A stretch of DNA of 64,000 bases from an uncultured Rhodospirillaceae bacterium (GCA_964587125.1 CAZPKC010000001.1:163945-227944), one strand, 5' to 3'; positions 20,165-30,405 are shown, counted from the stretch's first letter. Notes: generated by a model not told the origin, from the letters alone. Numbers and translations are program-made.

Positions 20165-21318
20165 CCTCGCCCTTCGCCGTTGCGGATCAAGCGCGCTTCG
20201 TTTCCGGAAAAATCGTTTCGGTCGATTTTTCAGAAATGTCCCCTACCCCCGCTTACGACATCGTGATCGGCCAGAACATTCTGGCGGAAGCGGCGACCAT
20301 GATCCGCCAGCGTTTGGGCACGCGCCGGTGCGTGATTATTTCCGACACCAACGTCGCGCCTTTGTATCAGGATCGCCTGGAGGCGATTCTCTCCGCGGGC
20401 GGACAGGACGTTCTCAAAACGCTTATCATTCCGGCGGGCGAGGCCAGCAAGAACTTCTCAACGCTCGAAACCCTTCTGAACGAGCTTCTGGCTTTGGGCA
20501 TCGACCGCAAAGTCCTGATCGTCGCCTTGGGCGGCGGCGTCGTCGGCGATATTTCCGGCCTGACTGCGGCGCTGGCTTTTCGCGGGCTCGATTTCGTGCA
20601 AGTACCGACGACGCTTTTGGCGCAAGTGGACAGCTCGGTCGGCGGAAAAACGGGCATCGACACGCCTTACGGCAAAAATACCGTCGGCGCTTTCTATCAA
20701 CCTCGGCTCGTGTTGGCCGACGTCACGATGCTCGATTCCCTGCATGAGAGAGAAATGCGCGCCGGTTACGCCGAAGTCGTCAAGTATGGGCTTATCTCGG
20801 ACCGCGACTTTTTCCGTTGGTGCGTGGCTCACGGAGGGCAGCTTCTGAACGCCGACCATGAAGCCCAGATTCACGCCGTGAGTTATACCTGCGCCGCCAA
20901 AGCCAGGATCGTTTCCGACGACGAACGCGAAGCGGGAAAAAGGGCCTTGCTGAATCTCGGCCATACCTTCGGCCATGCGTTGGAAGCCGCGACCGGCTTT
21001 GGATCGACGCTTATTCACGGCGAAGCCGTGGCGATCGGAATGCTGATGTCTTTTCGCCTGTCGGTGAATAAGGGGTTGTGTCCCAAAAAGGATTACGACG
21101 ACATTCGCGCTCATTTTGCCGACGTGGGGCTGCCGCTCAAGCCTCCTCCCTTCGCCTACGATATCGACCGCCTGATGGAGCTGATGGCGACCGATAAAAA
21201 AGCCGAAAGCGGAAGAATTACGGTGATTATGCCTCACGGAATCGGGCACTCCGTCATCGATAAAAACATCGACCCGCGCGAAATCCGCGCCTTATGGAAG
21301 GAAGTGCTGGCCTCATGA
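20161..21318 (+). CDS. aroB: 3-dehydroquinate synthase
   Basis: GGGVVGD, VPTTLLAQVDSSVGGKTG and LLNLGHTFGHALE. Confidence 0.97.
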   Translation: MTSPFAVADQARFVSGKIVSVDFSEMSPTPAYDIVIGQNILAEAATMIRQRLGTRRCVIISDTNVAPLYQDRLEAILSAGGQDVLKTLIIPAGEASKNFSTLETLLNELLALGIDRKVLIVALGGGVVGDISGLTAALAFRGLDFVQVPTTLLAQVDSSVGGKTGIDTPYGKNTVGAFYQPRLVLADVTMLDSLHEREMRAGYAEVVKYGLISDRDFFRWCVAHGGQLLNADHEAQIHAVSYTCAAKARIVSDDEREAGKRALLNLGHTFGHALEAATGFGSTLIHGEAVAIGMLMSFRLSVNKGLCPKKDYDDIRAHFADVGLPLKPPPFAYDIDRLMELMATDKKAESGRITVIMPHGIGHSVIDKNIDPREIRALWKEVLAS

Positions 21319-22196
21319 CCTCCAAGACAAAGTTCGTCATATCCGACGAGGAACTCGACTCCCTCCTGACGCGCTATACCCGCGACATCACCGCGCAGGA
21401 CCGCGCCGGAATGTTCGATCCCATCACGGGGCGCGACGCGGAACTCGACCAGATGACCTTGATTCTCCTTCAACGCTTGCGCAAGAACGTTCTGCTTTTG
21501 GGCGGCGCGGGCGTCGGAAAGACCGCGCTTTTCATCGGCCTTGCCCAATGGATCAACCAGAACAAGGTGCCGGCCATGCTGAAAGGCGCGCGCCTGATCG
21601 AACTGGAAATGTCGATGATCGGCGCGGGGTCGCAATCGCGCGCCGATCTGGAAGGCCGCTTGATTCCCATCGTCAAGGGCGCGGCCGAACGCAACGCCGA
21701 GCGTTCGATGCCGCCCATCATTTTCTGCATCGACGAAATTCATCAATTGATGATCTCGTTCAAGGCGTCGAGCTATTCCGGCATCGCCGATCTGATGAAG
21801 CCTTACCTGACGGCGGGAAATCTCTACGTGGTCGGCGCGACGACCCGCGAGGAATACGAAGACTATGTTTCGATCGAACCCGCCATCGACCGCCGTTTTC
21901 AGAAAATCGCGCTCAGCACGCCGGATTTGCCGACGACGCTGACCATTTTGATGAATATGAAGGGCAATTTCGAAAAACATTATCGCATCGAAATCTCCCC
22001 CGAGGCCTGCCGCCGCATCGTCAAATTGGCCGACCGCTATATCCCCCTCCGCAACAATCCGGATAAATCCATTTTGTCCCTCGACCACGCCTGCGCGCGT
22101 TATGTCAAGAATGGCGGCGCGGAATCGCTTGACGTTCCTTCGATCGAAGCGGCTGTGGCTTCGGAAGCGGGCCTCGACGCCGCGGCGGTAAAGTAA
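21315..22196 (+). CDS. stand-alone Clp/Hsp100 NBD1-like AAA+ ATPase
   Basis: DPITGRDAEL, Walker A GGAGVGKT, Walker B IIFCIDEIH, GATTREEY, DRRFQ, DRYIP...PDKSI; no N-domain or second NBD. Confidence 0.85.
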   Translation: MTSKTKFVISDEELDSLLTRYTRDITAQDRAGMFDPITGRDAELDQMTLILLQRLRKNVLLLGGAGVGKTALFIGLAQWINQNKVPAMLKGARLIELEMSMIGAGSQSRADLEGRLIPIVKGAAERNAERSMPPIIFCIDEIHQLMISFKASSYSGIADLMKPYLTAGNLYVVGATTREEYEDYVSIEPAIDRRFQKIALSTPDLPTTLTILMNMKGNFEKHYRIEISPEACRRIVKLADRYIPLRNNPDKSILSLDHACARYVKNGGAESLDVPSIEAAVASEAGLDAAAVK

Positions 22197-22232
22197 GCAT
22201 TTTCTTTGGTTTGCCGTTTGGCAAATCATTAG

Positions 22233-22363
22233 AAAATGCTTATCCCCGCGAAAGCGGGGATCCATCTTGGCTTCAAGAAAAATGCTTATCCCCGCGAAAG
22301 CGGGGATCCATCTTGGCTTCGAGAAAAATGCTTATCCCCGTCCCTGCCTTCGCAGGCATGACG
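22233..22363. repeat. tandem 46-bp REP-like palindromic repeat (about 2.3 copies) plus closing palindrome
   Basis: atgcttatccccgcgaaagcggggatccatcttggcttc unit starts at 22236, 22282 and 22328; followed by tccctgccttcgcaggcatgacg. Confidence 0.9.
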
Positions 22364-22569
22364 AGTGAATCTACATCAAGGTTAATTGACCGTCGAAATA
22401 TCCAGCATTTTCTCATTTATTTCTTAACATTAAATTTGCCGTTAAGAAATAAATAACCAACATATTGAAAGTATTAGATTATTTTGCTTCTTGGGTAGTT
22501 TTTTGTTAAAATGAAAATCGAAATTTGATGTTTGATGTTTTTATCGCGAATTATAGGACGGATGCCATT

Positions 22570-23238
22570 ATGACAAAAAACCAGAATTCAAAATACAACG
22601 TCGAGACATTGCCTGAAGCTCAAGCGTTGCTTGTGGAGAAATCCGAAGAACTCGAAAGTTTTTTTGGTCAGATACTCTCCTACGTCGATGACCCTCCTTC
22701 TCTTGAAGAGATAAAAAAATTTCAAGGAGAACTGCGTCGTTACGATATAGACGTTTTCGTTTTACGGAATTCGTTGAAAAAAGTTCGAGATAATAGCGAT
22801 GCGTGGGTTATGGCTTCTGACGAATGCAAAGATCAGATTGAAGAAATAAGTCGTTTTGAAACCAAGCTAGCGAGCCAAAGACGGGAAAGAGAATTGCAGT
22901 TAGAGAAAAATGCATTAGACTTCGCAGTCTTGCTTTTTAATGCCTCCGTTCCTCCGAGCGCCTTAGCCGCTATTGCCAAGTTAACAGGAGCCAGCGATAC
23001 TTTGGCTTTATCGGTAGCTGTTTTCTTCTCAACCACCAGCGTAGGGTACTATTTCAGCAAAAGAGCCGACAGACTATGGAACGGCGTTGCAAAAATATTG
23101 ACACGACAGTCAAAACGCAACTCCGTCCTTACAGCTCAGCCTGTGCCGCCTTGTAAGCCTATCGAAAAAGGCTTAATTGCGCCGCCAAGAATCAACGATA
23201 AGTATAGAAGATATAGTTACCATAAGAACAGCCGTTAA
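22570..23238 (+). CDS. hypothetical coiled-coil/membrane protein (AT-rich orphan)
   Basis: coiled-coil-like N-terminal half followed by two hydrophobic segments. Confidence 0.55.
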   Translation: MTKNQNSKYNVETLPEAQALLVEKSEELESFFGQILSYVDDPPSLEEIKKFQGELRRYDIDVFVLRNSLKKVRDNSDAWVMASDECKDQIEEISRFETKLASQRRERELQLEKNALDFAVLLFNASVPPSALAAIAKLTGASDTLALSVAVFFSTTSVGYYFSKRADRLWNGVAKILTRQSKRNSVLTAQPVPPCKPIEKGLIAPPRINDKYRRYSYHKNSR

Positions 23239-23414
23239 CCGCCCAGATTATTTTCGCATTTAATAGCAGATTTTTTTGCAAGCTGTGCAGACAGCCACGC
23301 GCTTATCTCTTTACGTTTGCCCATGGCTGCGCCAAACGAGAGTCCAACACCCGCCGCCACAACAGGCCAAAGGACTTGAACATTATCTCCAACAGATGAA
23401 ACTGGAATAATCAT
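23235..23414 (-). CDS. 59-aa small membrane protein (absent from the ORF track)
   Basis: MIIPVSSVGDNVQVLWPVVAAGVGLSFGAAMGKRKEISAW...; GGAGG RBS just upstream of the ATG. Confidence 0.55.
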   Translation of the reverse strand: MIIPVSSVGDNVQVLWPVVAAGVGLSFGAAMGKRKEISAWLSAQLAKKSAIKCENNLGG

Positions 23415-23560
23415 ATATCCCTCCGTTACGGGTTCATTTTATGCCTTTTTTCCCAATTTCTCAAGCGGATACGAGAGCTTAATACTTTCATGAAAAAGGG
23501 CATAATTTCAAGACACTATTATATGCCGCGCTAGACCGCCTCTGCGGCGGGGAACCAGTT

Positions 23561-24451
23561 TTATTTCCCTTCGTTCAAAAGCGTTCGGATGATCGTGCCC
23601 CCATTTGTGGTGGCGAGTTCGAACGTGCGTAATTTCTTTTCGTGCGTCAGATGCAAAATGGAAATCGTCGAGCGCGGCGGCGTGGGTCGCACGAACAGAT
23701 TTTTTTCCGCATCGAACAGCGGAAGAGCATAGAGCGACAGCCAGTTAAATTCCGCAGGCATGATCTTGAGGGGCAGCCCTTTCGTGTAAACCGCGATGTT
23801 CAGGCTTAGCTGGTCGCACATGAACTGCTGTTTCGTCATTCTGGTAAAGCGTTGGAGGCACGCCGTGTATTCGTCACCCCACGCCTTCCATACCGGCGAG
23901 GTCGCGCGCATCGCCCAAACGCCCGCGTTCAGCATCGGGCGCGGGAAAATCGCGGCCACGGTTTCGGCGGGAAAATTCGCGCGATACCATTTCAACTGGT
24001 ATTCCCACGGCTGCGAGCTGAGAAAATAGGGGCGGTAATCGCGATCGATCTCGGCGGCGACGAAAAGCGAATCCTCGGCCGCCGCGCCCGCCAGCATCGT
24101 GTCGATCGCTTCGGGCGTTTGCGCCCAGGCGTCGGCGTCCACCAACATATAAACGTCATAGCCCTGAAAAGTGTCGCGGAAATAAGGCCGCGCCGTCAGC
24201 GAACGAAACGCGGGCGCTTGCTTCTCCCACGCCAGACGGTCGGGATAGTCGATATCCACACGCGCGGGAACGATCGTCGCGCCAAACGCGGCGATCTGGG
24301 CCTTCGCGTCTTCGCCAAGGCCGACATCCAAAACGCCGATATCGAAAGGAACTGAAAACGCGAGCCCGCGCAAAGACCTCAACAGGCCGAGCGCAAGAGG
24401 CAAATAAAGATCGTTGGCCGCCGTGATGACAATGTTGCGCGGCTTCGTCAA
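23561..24451 (-). CDS. GT-A fold glycosyltransferase (GT8/GT77-like)
   Basis: VITAANDLY, DxD motif LVDADAW, LNAGVW and CDQLSLN. Confidence 0.75.
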   Translation of the reverse strand: MTKPRNIVITAANDLYLPLALGLLRSLRGLAFSVPFDIGVLDVGLGEDAKAQIAAFGATIVPARVDIDYPDRLAWEKQAPAFRSLTARPYFRDTFQGYDVYMLVDADAWAQTPEAIDTMLAGAAAEDSLFVAAEIDRDYRPYFLSSQPWEYQLKWYRANFPAETVAAIFPRPMLNAGVWAMRATSPVWKAWGDEYTACLQRFTRMTKQQFMCDQLSLNIAVYTKGLPLKIMPAEFNWLSLYALPLFDAEKNLFVRPTPPRSTISILHLTHEKKLRTFELATTNGGTIIRTLLNEGK

Positions 24452-24577
24452 CTAGCCCTGACGCGCTTTATAGCGCGGATTAGTTTTGTTGATGACATAG
24501 GTGCGGCCTTTGCGGCGCACAACTTTGCAATCGGCGTGGCGCTTCTTGAGCGATTTAAGCGAATTGGCGACTTTCAT
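24452..24577 (-). CDS. rpmJ: 50S ribosomal protein L36, type B (Zn-independent)
   Basis: translated by hand: [41 protein letters not shown] (41 aa). Confidence 0.96.
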   Translation of the reverse strand: MKVANSLKSLKKRHADCKVVRRKGRTYVINKTNPRYKARQG

Positions 24578-25051
24578 AACGATCATCCTTAATGTTCGCC
24601 CGCCTTCGCGCGAGGCTTCGGCGGATCGGAGAAACTTGTCCGGCGAAGCTTTAACGTAGCCGGAGAGGCCGCAAAGTAGGGATTAGCGGCCGCGCTGTCA
24701 AGGAAATCGCACGGCGTATTCGTTTCGGACGCGTTTGAAGTTTTTCTTGAAAAAAGCGCCAAACGTAACTGTTTATTAACCAAAAAATCCTACTATGGCG
24801 CGAGAATACATGGATTGGGATAAAAGTTTTAAATTTCAGAGCGATAGAGACAATCCCGCTGGATTTTCGGCGGGAACAGGAGGCAGGAAGATTAGTAAGT
24901 CGCATCCAGCCCTCGTATCCGTTCAGCCCCCTTCCGGCTCTATTTCCCCTTCTGCATTTTTCACGCTTTTTCGGCCCGCGCGTTGCGCGTCGGCGCGGAA
25001 AATCCGTCATCTTTCCGGCACTCTCTCTTCCCTCAAACATAAGGAGTTCCT

Positions 25052-25795
25052 ATGGGCAAGCGGCGCGACCAGTTAAACCGCAAAGAAAAAACGTATAACG
25101 TCGAACCTCTCTATGGAAGAAATTCGCCTTGGGATCCTCTCAGCAGTCCCGCTTTCGACCGCCGCGATCAAAGTTACGTCCGTAAAGTCAAGCCCCAGAA
25201 CGCCAACCAGTCCCTTCTTCTGGAAGCAATGGCGGAAAACAACCTCGTCATCGCCGTCGGCCCCGCCGGAACCGGCAAAACCTATCTGGCGATTACGGCT
25301 GCCGTCGAAGCCCTCGAAGCGGGGCGCGTGGACCGCATCATCTTGTCGCGTCCGGCGGTGGAAGCCGGAGAAACTCTGGGTTATCTGCCGGGAGATTTGC
25401 AGGAAAAAATGTCGCCGTTCCTCAGGCCTCTCTACGACGCCCTTAACGACCGCATGGGCGGAAAGCGCCTTAAACAGCTTTTGGCGGAAGGCTCGATCGA
25501 GATCGCGCCGATAGGCTTCATGCGCGGGCGCACGCTGAACAACGCGTTCATCGTCATCGACGAGGCGCAGAACTGCACCTATGTTCAGATCAAGATGCTG
25601 CTGACGCGCTTGGGTTGGCATTCGACGATGGTTTTGACGGGCGACCCCGATCAAAGCGATTTGCTGGAAGGATTGTCGGGCCTTAGCGAAATCACGCGCA
25701 AGCTTGAAGTCGTTCCGGGCATCGGCGTCGTGCGCATGACCGACAAGGACATCGTGCGGCATCCCTTGGTCGCGAGCATGCTGGGCGTTCTATAG
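25052..25795 (+). CDS. PhoH family ATPase
   Basis: GPAGTGKT, RPAVEAGETLGYLPG, RGRTLNNAFIVIDEAQN and TGDPDQSD. Confidence 0.95.
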   Translation: MGKRRDQLNRKEKTYNVEPLYGRNSPWDPLSSPAFDRRDQSYVRKVKPQNANQSLLLEAMAENNLVIAVGPAGTGKTYLAITAAVEALEAGRVDRIILSRPAVEAGETLGYLPGDLQEKMSPFLRPLYDALNDRMGGKRLKQLLAEGSIEIAPIGFMRGRTLNNAFIVIDEAQNCTYVQIKMLLTRLGWHSTMVLTGDPDQSDLLEGLSGLSEITRKLEVVPGIGVVRMTDKDIVRHPLVASMLGVL

Positions 25796-25798
25796 AAT

Positions 25799-26230
25799 CT
25801 AGAAAGAATAGTCTGACGGCGCGGCTTCCCTTTGCGACGAAGGCGCGCGCTGATTTGTCATTTCAGCAAGCCTGTAAATAACATCGTCCAACTGATAATA
25901 TTCGAACCTGTCGCTACCCTCCCTGCCTTTGTACGCAAAGTATAAACTCCCCTCTTCAGAATTGAATATGCAAAGACAGGTATCCTTATCCGCCTCCTGC
26001 GCCAAACCGCCTTCGAGGACCAGATTTGTTGCGATACTATCTTTGAACATGAAGAATTTAAATTTGTCGCCGGAAGCCTCATTCAGTTGAAATAAGGCGC
26101 GGGGCAATCCCTCCACCCTTCTCTCCCATATATCAAAAATGCGCCTGTGTTCGTTTTGAACCTCTTTCGACGCGTCACTCCAAATTTCCCAAACCGGCTT
26201 AGAAAGAGGCAACATCTTTTCCATAATCAA
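25799..26230 (-). CDS. hypothetical protein
   Basis: 143-aa ORF; GGGAGA RBS; no recognisable motif. Confidence 0.5.
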   Translation of the reverse strand: MIMEKMLPLSKPVWEIWSDASKEVQNEHRRIFDIWERRVEGLPRALFQLNEASGDKFKFFMFKDSIATNLVLEGGLAQEADKDTCLCIFNSEEGSLYFAYKGREGSDRFEYYQLDDVIYRLAEMTNQRAPSSQREAAPSDYSF

Positions 26231-26362
26231 TCTCCCGATAAATTAATACGATTTACAATTCGCCCACACCGATACCGCGCCCAAAATACTTGCGCAACAG
26301 AGATATATGGTTAAAAGGCGGCGGGATTTATGGGAAGGTTATATTCAGTAATGCTCTAAACG

Positions 26363-26569
26363 TTATTTACCAAATCGCAAAAAACGGATGCCTCGTAAAA
26401 ATGTTCCTTGCTCAATGGGCGGGATTTTGGGGCAGGGTTTGTCTACCAAGGAGACTATTTCTCCGTCTCCACCAAAGGTAACCCCCGTCTCACCCGCAGT
26501 CGCCCCTGCGACTGCTGTGATTTTTCCCTTTTCTGCACGAAAATCACCGAGTTCTAATCCCATGCCCAT
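26363..26569 (-). CDS. possible small hypothetical protein
   Basis: 68-aa ORF with AAAGGGGA upstream, in an otherwise empty 460-bp gap. Confidence 0.35.
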   Translation of the reverse strand: MGMGLELGDFRAEKGKITAVAGATAGETGVTFGGDGEIVSLVDKPCPKIPPIEQGTFLRGIRFLRFGK

Positions 26570-26695
26570 GATAAAATCCCCTTTTCTGGTAACAAATTGC
26601 TAGATAATGGTAATCTATGATAAATACTTGCGCAATGAGATTTTTTGGTTAACGCATAAAAACGCTCCGAAAACCTCGATAAGCGAAGCTTTATT

Positions 26696-27277
26696 TTACA
26701 TCTGTCCGGTTAAAGATTCCTTTCCGGGCGTGCTTTGTTTGTCGAGCAACGCAAATAATTCCTTAACGTTGGAGACCACCTTGAACAAATCGAAATCGGG
26801 CGGCTGGGAGAATCCTTCCGTAATCGTTTTTTTGATGAGGGCGATCATCTCGTTCCAATAGCCGTCCTGATTGAACAAAATAATCAGATCGTTATGAAGT
26901 TTGAGTTTTTTCCATGTCATGATCTCGAACACTTCGTCCAGCGTGCCGAATCCTCCCGGCAGGATGATGAACGCGTCTGCCCGATCGACCATCATGCGCT
27001 TGCGCGTGTGCATGTCGGGAACGACGTGCAGTTCGGTCAATCCCTTATGCTGGATTTCCTGCTCGCGGATATGTTCGGGGATGATGCCGATAACGGTGCC
27101 TCCCGCCGCAAGCGCGGCGTTGGCGACGATGCCCATAAGACCGGCGCGGCCGCCGCCATAGACAATGTGCAATTTGCGCCGCGCCAATTCCGTCCCGATG
27201 TAGTGAGCCGAGTCCTTAAATTTCTGCGCGACATGATCGGAAGACCCGCAATAAACGCATACAGTCGATAATTTCAA
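26696..27277 (-). CDS. LOG family (TIGR00730) nucleotide phosphoribohydrolase
   Basis: VCVYCGSS, VYGGGRAGLMG and PGGFGTLDE. Confidence 0.94.
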   Translation of the reverse strand: MKLSTVCVYCGSSDHVAQKFKDSAHYIGTELARRKLHIVYGGGRAGLMGIVANAALAAGGTVIGIIPEHIREQEIQHKGLTELHVVPDMHTRKRMMVDRADAFIILPGGFGTLDEVFEIMTWKKLKLHNDLIILFNQDGYWNEMIALIKKTITEGFSQPPDFDLFKVVSNVKELFALLDKQSTPGKESLTGQM

Positions 27278-27357
27278 GATACAGTCCTACTTTCGCATGT
27301 TGGATGAAAAAAAACAGAATTCTTTGTCCAGTTTATGCCCAATTTACTAAGAATAAA

Positions 27358-27852
27358 CTAACCGGCCTTATTCTCCGTCTTTGCCTTTAGCGCCGGAGTT
27401 GGCGCGATCAGGTATTTCCCGATTAATTGAATAAAAGGCCGCGCTTCCTGCATAAAAAGGATCAACGGATAAAATATAAAATCCGGCGCGACGATGCGCT
27501 CCATCTCGAACAAAGCGCTGGCCGATACCCGGCTCGACGTATCGACTCCGAAGCGCACGTTCGGCAAACTCCGCGTCGAAATAATAATGGTTTTGATGGC
27601 CTCTCTGCGCTCGTCGGATTCGATGCTGAACGGCATATATCCCATCGTCGCGGTGACCAGAAAACGATAGCCGCTCTCCTGTTGGGCGCAGCGCACGTCG
27701 AAATTCAATCCGTCAAGGCAAAAGCAAAACCTTTCAAGCGTCTTGGCCGAAAGATTCTCGAATTCCTTGTCGAGCTTCTGCAACAATTCCCCGAAATTCG
27801 GCGAAAAGTCGGAAGCCGGAGAAACAGCGACGGCGGAAGCGGGGTCTGGCAT
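27358..27852 (-). CDS. hypothetical protein
   Basis: 164-aa ORF with host-like codon usage. Confidence 0.55.
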   Translation of the reverse strand: MPDPASAVAVSPASDFSPNFGELLQKLDKEFENLSAKTLERFCFCLDGLNFDVRCAQQESGYRFLVTATMGYMPFSIESDERREAIKTIIISTRSLPNVRFGVDTSSRVSASALFEMERIVAPDFIFYPLILFMQEARPFIQLIGKYLIAPTPALKAKTENKAG

Positions 27853-28024
27853 CGAAGGAAAGCCTGAAAAACGAGGGAGGGATTTGCAGTTGGATTCGCC
27901 GAGGAGATATCATACACTTTGAGGGAGCCTTATGACAGCGTTAATCTGCTTCTCTGTCAAGGACGCGCAGTGAAATGCGCCGGAATTTCGTTTAAAAGCG
28001 CCAACGCACATAAAGGAAAAAGTC

Positions 28025-28732
28025 ATGACGAACGACAAACCTATCCTTTCTTTCCACCCTGCGGGTTGGCCTTTTATGGCGCTTGCCGTCGGCATAACTT
28101 TCTTCCTGTCCTTTATTGGCATTGCGTCTTTCTTTGTCGGCCTTGTGATAACGGTTTGGTGTTTTTATTTCTTCCGCAATCCCGAACGGGTTACCCCCGT
28201 ACGTTCCGGCCTTTTGGTCAGCCCGGCGGACGGCAAAGTCATCGCCATAGAAGACGTCGTTCCCGACGCCGAATTCGGCCTTGGCGACCTACCCCTGACG
28301 CGCATCAGCATCTTTTTAAGCGTGTTCAACGTGCATGTGAACCGCATTCCCGCCGATGGCAAGATTATTGCCCGTCGTTACCGTCCGGGAAAATTTTTCT
28401 ATGCTTCTCTCGATAAAGCCAGCAAGGAAAACGAACGCATGGCGTTGACGATCAAGCTTTCGGGCGATCATCCGTACGCGGGGCAACACATCGGCGTCGT
28501 GCAAATCGCCGGTCTTATCGCCCGCCGCATCGTGTGCGACGCGCAGGAAGGGCAGGAAGTCAGGGCGGGCGATCGTTTCGGCATTATCCGCTTCGGCAGC
28601 CGCACGGAGGTTTATTTGCCCAAAGGCGTTCATCCTTTGGTTTCCGTAGGGCAAACGATGCTTGGCGGAGAAACGGTTTTGGCCGATCTTCTCTCGGTTG
28701 AAGCCGCCCGCAGCGGGGAAGCGCGCCCATGA
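28025..28732 (+). CDS. psd: phosphatidylserine decarboxylase (short type)
   Basis: SPADGKV, FLSVFNVHVNR and IRFGSRTEVYLP (GS cleavage). Confidence 0.96.
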   Translation: MTNDKPILSFHPAGWPFMALAVGITFFLSFIGIASFFVGLVITVWCFYFFRNPERVTPVRSGLLVSPADGKVIAIEDVVPDAEFGLGDLPLTRISIFLSVFNVHVNRIPADGKIIARRYRPGKFFYASLDKASKENERMALTIKLSGDHPYAGQHIGVVQIAGLIARRIVCDAQEGQEVRAGDRFGIIRFGSRTEVYLPKGVHPLVSVGQTMLGGETVLADLLSVEAARSGEARP

Positions 28733-29511
28733 CGGACGAACGCCCTCTCTCGCCCCGCCGCACGGCCAAGGACCTTCCTTTGACGCGATTGCTTCCCAAC
28801 ATTCTGACTCTGCTCTCGCTTTGTTCGGGCTTGACCGGCGTTCGCTTTGCGATGCAGGGATTATGGGAATACGCCGTTCTGGCGATCGTTATCGCTTCCA
28901 TTTTCGACGTTTTGGACGGGCGCGTCGCGCGCCTGCTGAACATCGCCAGCAAATTCGGCGCGGAATTGGACAGCCTTTCGGACGCGATCAGCTTCGGCGT
29001 GGCCCCCGGCTTCATCATGTACGAATGGACTCTGAAAGACGCGGAAAGCATCGGCTGGATCGCCGTTCTGATTTTCGCCGTGTGCTGCGCCTTGCGCCTC
29101 GCGCGGTTCAACACGATGCTCGACGATCACGATCTTCCGGCGTGGACCAAACGTTATTTCACGGGCGTTCCGGCTCCGGCGGGAGCGTCCCTTGGCTTGC
29201 TGCCTTTGGCCTATGTTTTGCAATTCGGCAGCGCCGCGCAGCTTCCCGCTTCGGTCTGCGCGTTCTGGATGCTTCTGGTCGGCGGCCTTATGGTCAGCCG
29301 GTTGCCGACTTTCTCTTTGAAGGGATGGAGGATCGAGCCTTTGTGGGTCGCGCCGCTTTTCGTCGGCGTTGTCGCGCTTGTCGCCGGATTGATTACGAAT
29401 ACGTGGTTGACTTTATCTGGAGCGGGAACCCTTTACGTTCTCATGTTGCCCGTCGGCTGGTACAGCTATCATTCGCGCGCCAAGAAGGAAGCGGGGCAGT
29501 CGCGGTTGTGA
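28729..29511 (+). CDS. pssA: CDP-diacylglycerol--serine O-phosphatidyltransferase
   Basis: DVLDGRVAR...FGAELDSLSDAISFG; ALRLARFN. Confidence 0.95.
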   Translation: MTDERPLSPRRTAKDLPLTRLLPNILTLLSLCSGLTGVRFAMQGLWEYAVLAIVIASIFDVLDGRVARLLNIASKFGAELDSLSDAISFGVAPGFIMYEWTLKDAESIGWIAVLIFAVCCALRLARFNTMLDDHDLPAWTKRYFTGVPAPAGASLGLLPLAYVLQFGSAAQLPASVCAFWMLLVGGLMVSRLPTFSLKGWRIEPLWVAPLFVGVVALVAGLITNTWLTLSGAGTLYVLMLPVGWYSYHSRAKKEAGQSRL

Positions 29512-29561
29512 GCTGCGCGTCAGCGCCGGTCACAAAGCAGTCGCCCCAAATGGAGAACTTT

Positions 29562-30404
29562 ATGACAAAACCAAAACACGTCGAAATTCCCCTGCCCAAA
29601 GGCGGCGCGATCAAGGTCGGCGACGATCTGCCCTTGGTCTTTTTTCTGGGCCCGTGCCAGATGGAATCGCGCGCGCATGCGCTGGAGACATCCGCCGCGA
29701 TCAAGGAAATCGGCGAAAAATTCGGCGTCGGCGTCGTTTATAAAACATCGTTCGACAAAGCCAACCGCTCGTCGATCAAGACCGAGCGCGGCATCGGGTT
29801 TGAAAAAGCGTTGCCGATATTCGCGGAAATCCGGAAAAAAACGGGATTGCCCGTCCTGACCGACGTTCACGAACGCGAGCAATGCGCGCGCTTGGCCAAA
29901 GTCGTCGATATTCTGCAAATTCCCGCGTTTTTATGCCGCCAAACCGATTTGCTTTTGGCAGCCGGAGAAACGGGCCGTGTGATTAACGTGAAAAAAGGCC
30001 AATTTCTCGCGCCGTGGGATATGAAGAACGTCGCGGCGAAAATCGCCTCGACCGGCAACGATAAAATCATGCTGTGCGAGCGCGGCGCGAGTTTCGGCTA
30101 CAATACGCTCGTGTCCGACATGCGCAGCCTGCCGATTATGGCCGAGACGGGATATCCCATTGTGTTCGATGCCACGCATTCGGTGCAGCAGCCGGGCGGC
30201 CAAGGAGAAACAAGCGGAGGCCAACGCGAATTCGTGCCCGTCCTCGCGCGTGCCGCCGTGGCCGTGGGAGTCGCCGCCGTTTTCATGGAAGTCCACGAAG
30301 ACCCCGACAACGCGCCCTCCGACGGCCCGAATATGATCAAGCTGAAAGATTTGCCCGCGCTGATCGAAACGCTGATGGCGTTCGATAGGTTGGCCAAAAA
30401 GTAG
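29562..30404 (+). CDS. kdsA: KDO8P synthase
   Basis: KTSFDKANRS, QIPAFLCRQTD, KKGQF and DATHSVQQPGG; start after GGAGAA RBS. Confidence 0.97.
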   Translation: MTKPKHVEIPLPKGGAIKVGDDLPLVFFLGPCQMESRAHALETSAAIKEIGEKFGVGVVYKTSFDKANRSSIKTERGIGFEKALPIFAEIRKKTGLPVLTDVHEREQCARLAKVVDILQIPAFLCRQTDLLLAAGETGRVINVKKGQFLAPWDMKNVAAKIASTGNDKIMLCERGASFGYNTLVSDMRSLPIMAETGYPIVFDATHSVQQPGGQGETSGGQREFVPVLARAAVAVGVAAVFMEVHEDPDNAPSDGPNMIKLKDLPALIETLMAFDRLAKK

Positions 30405-30405
30405 A

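Noticed and set aside
22233-22363. possible CRISPR array
   Set aside because: The 46-bp units are near-identical end to end with no unique spacers, and no cas genes are present; this is a REP-like tandem.
24452-24577. Zn-independent L36 plus CobW as a zinc-starvation module
   Set aside because: Type-B L36 is the usual form in Alphaproteobacteria, and the two genes are about 19 kb apart.
28662-30404. 580-aa ORF as a long KdsA fusion
   Set aside because: The extension is an alternative frame of pssA; kdsA has its own RBS and ATG at 29562.
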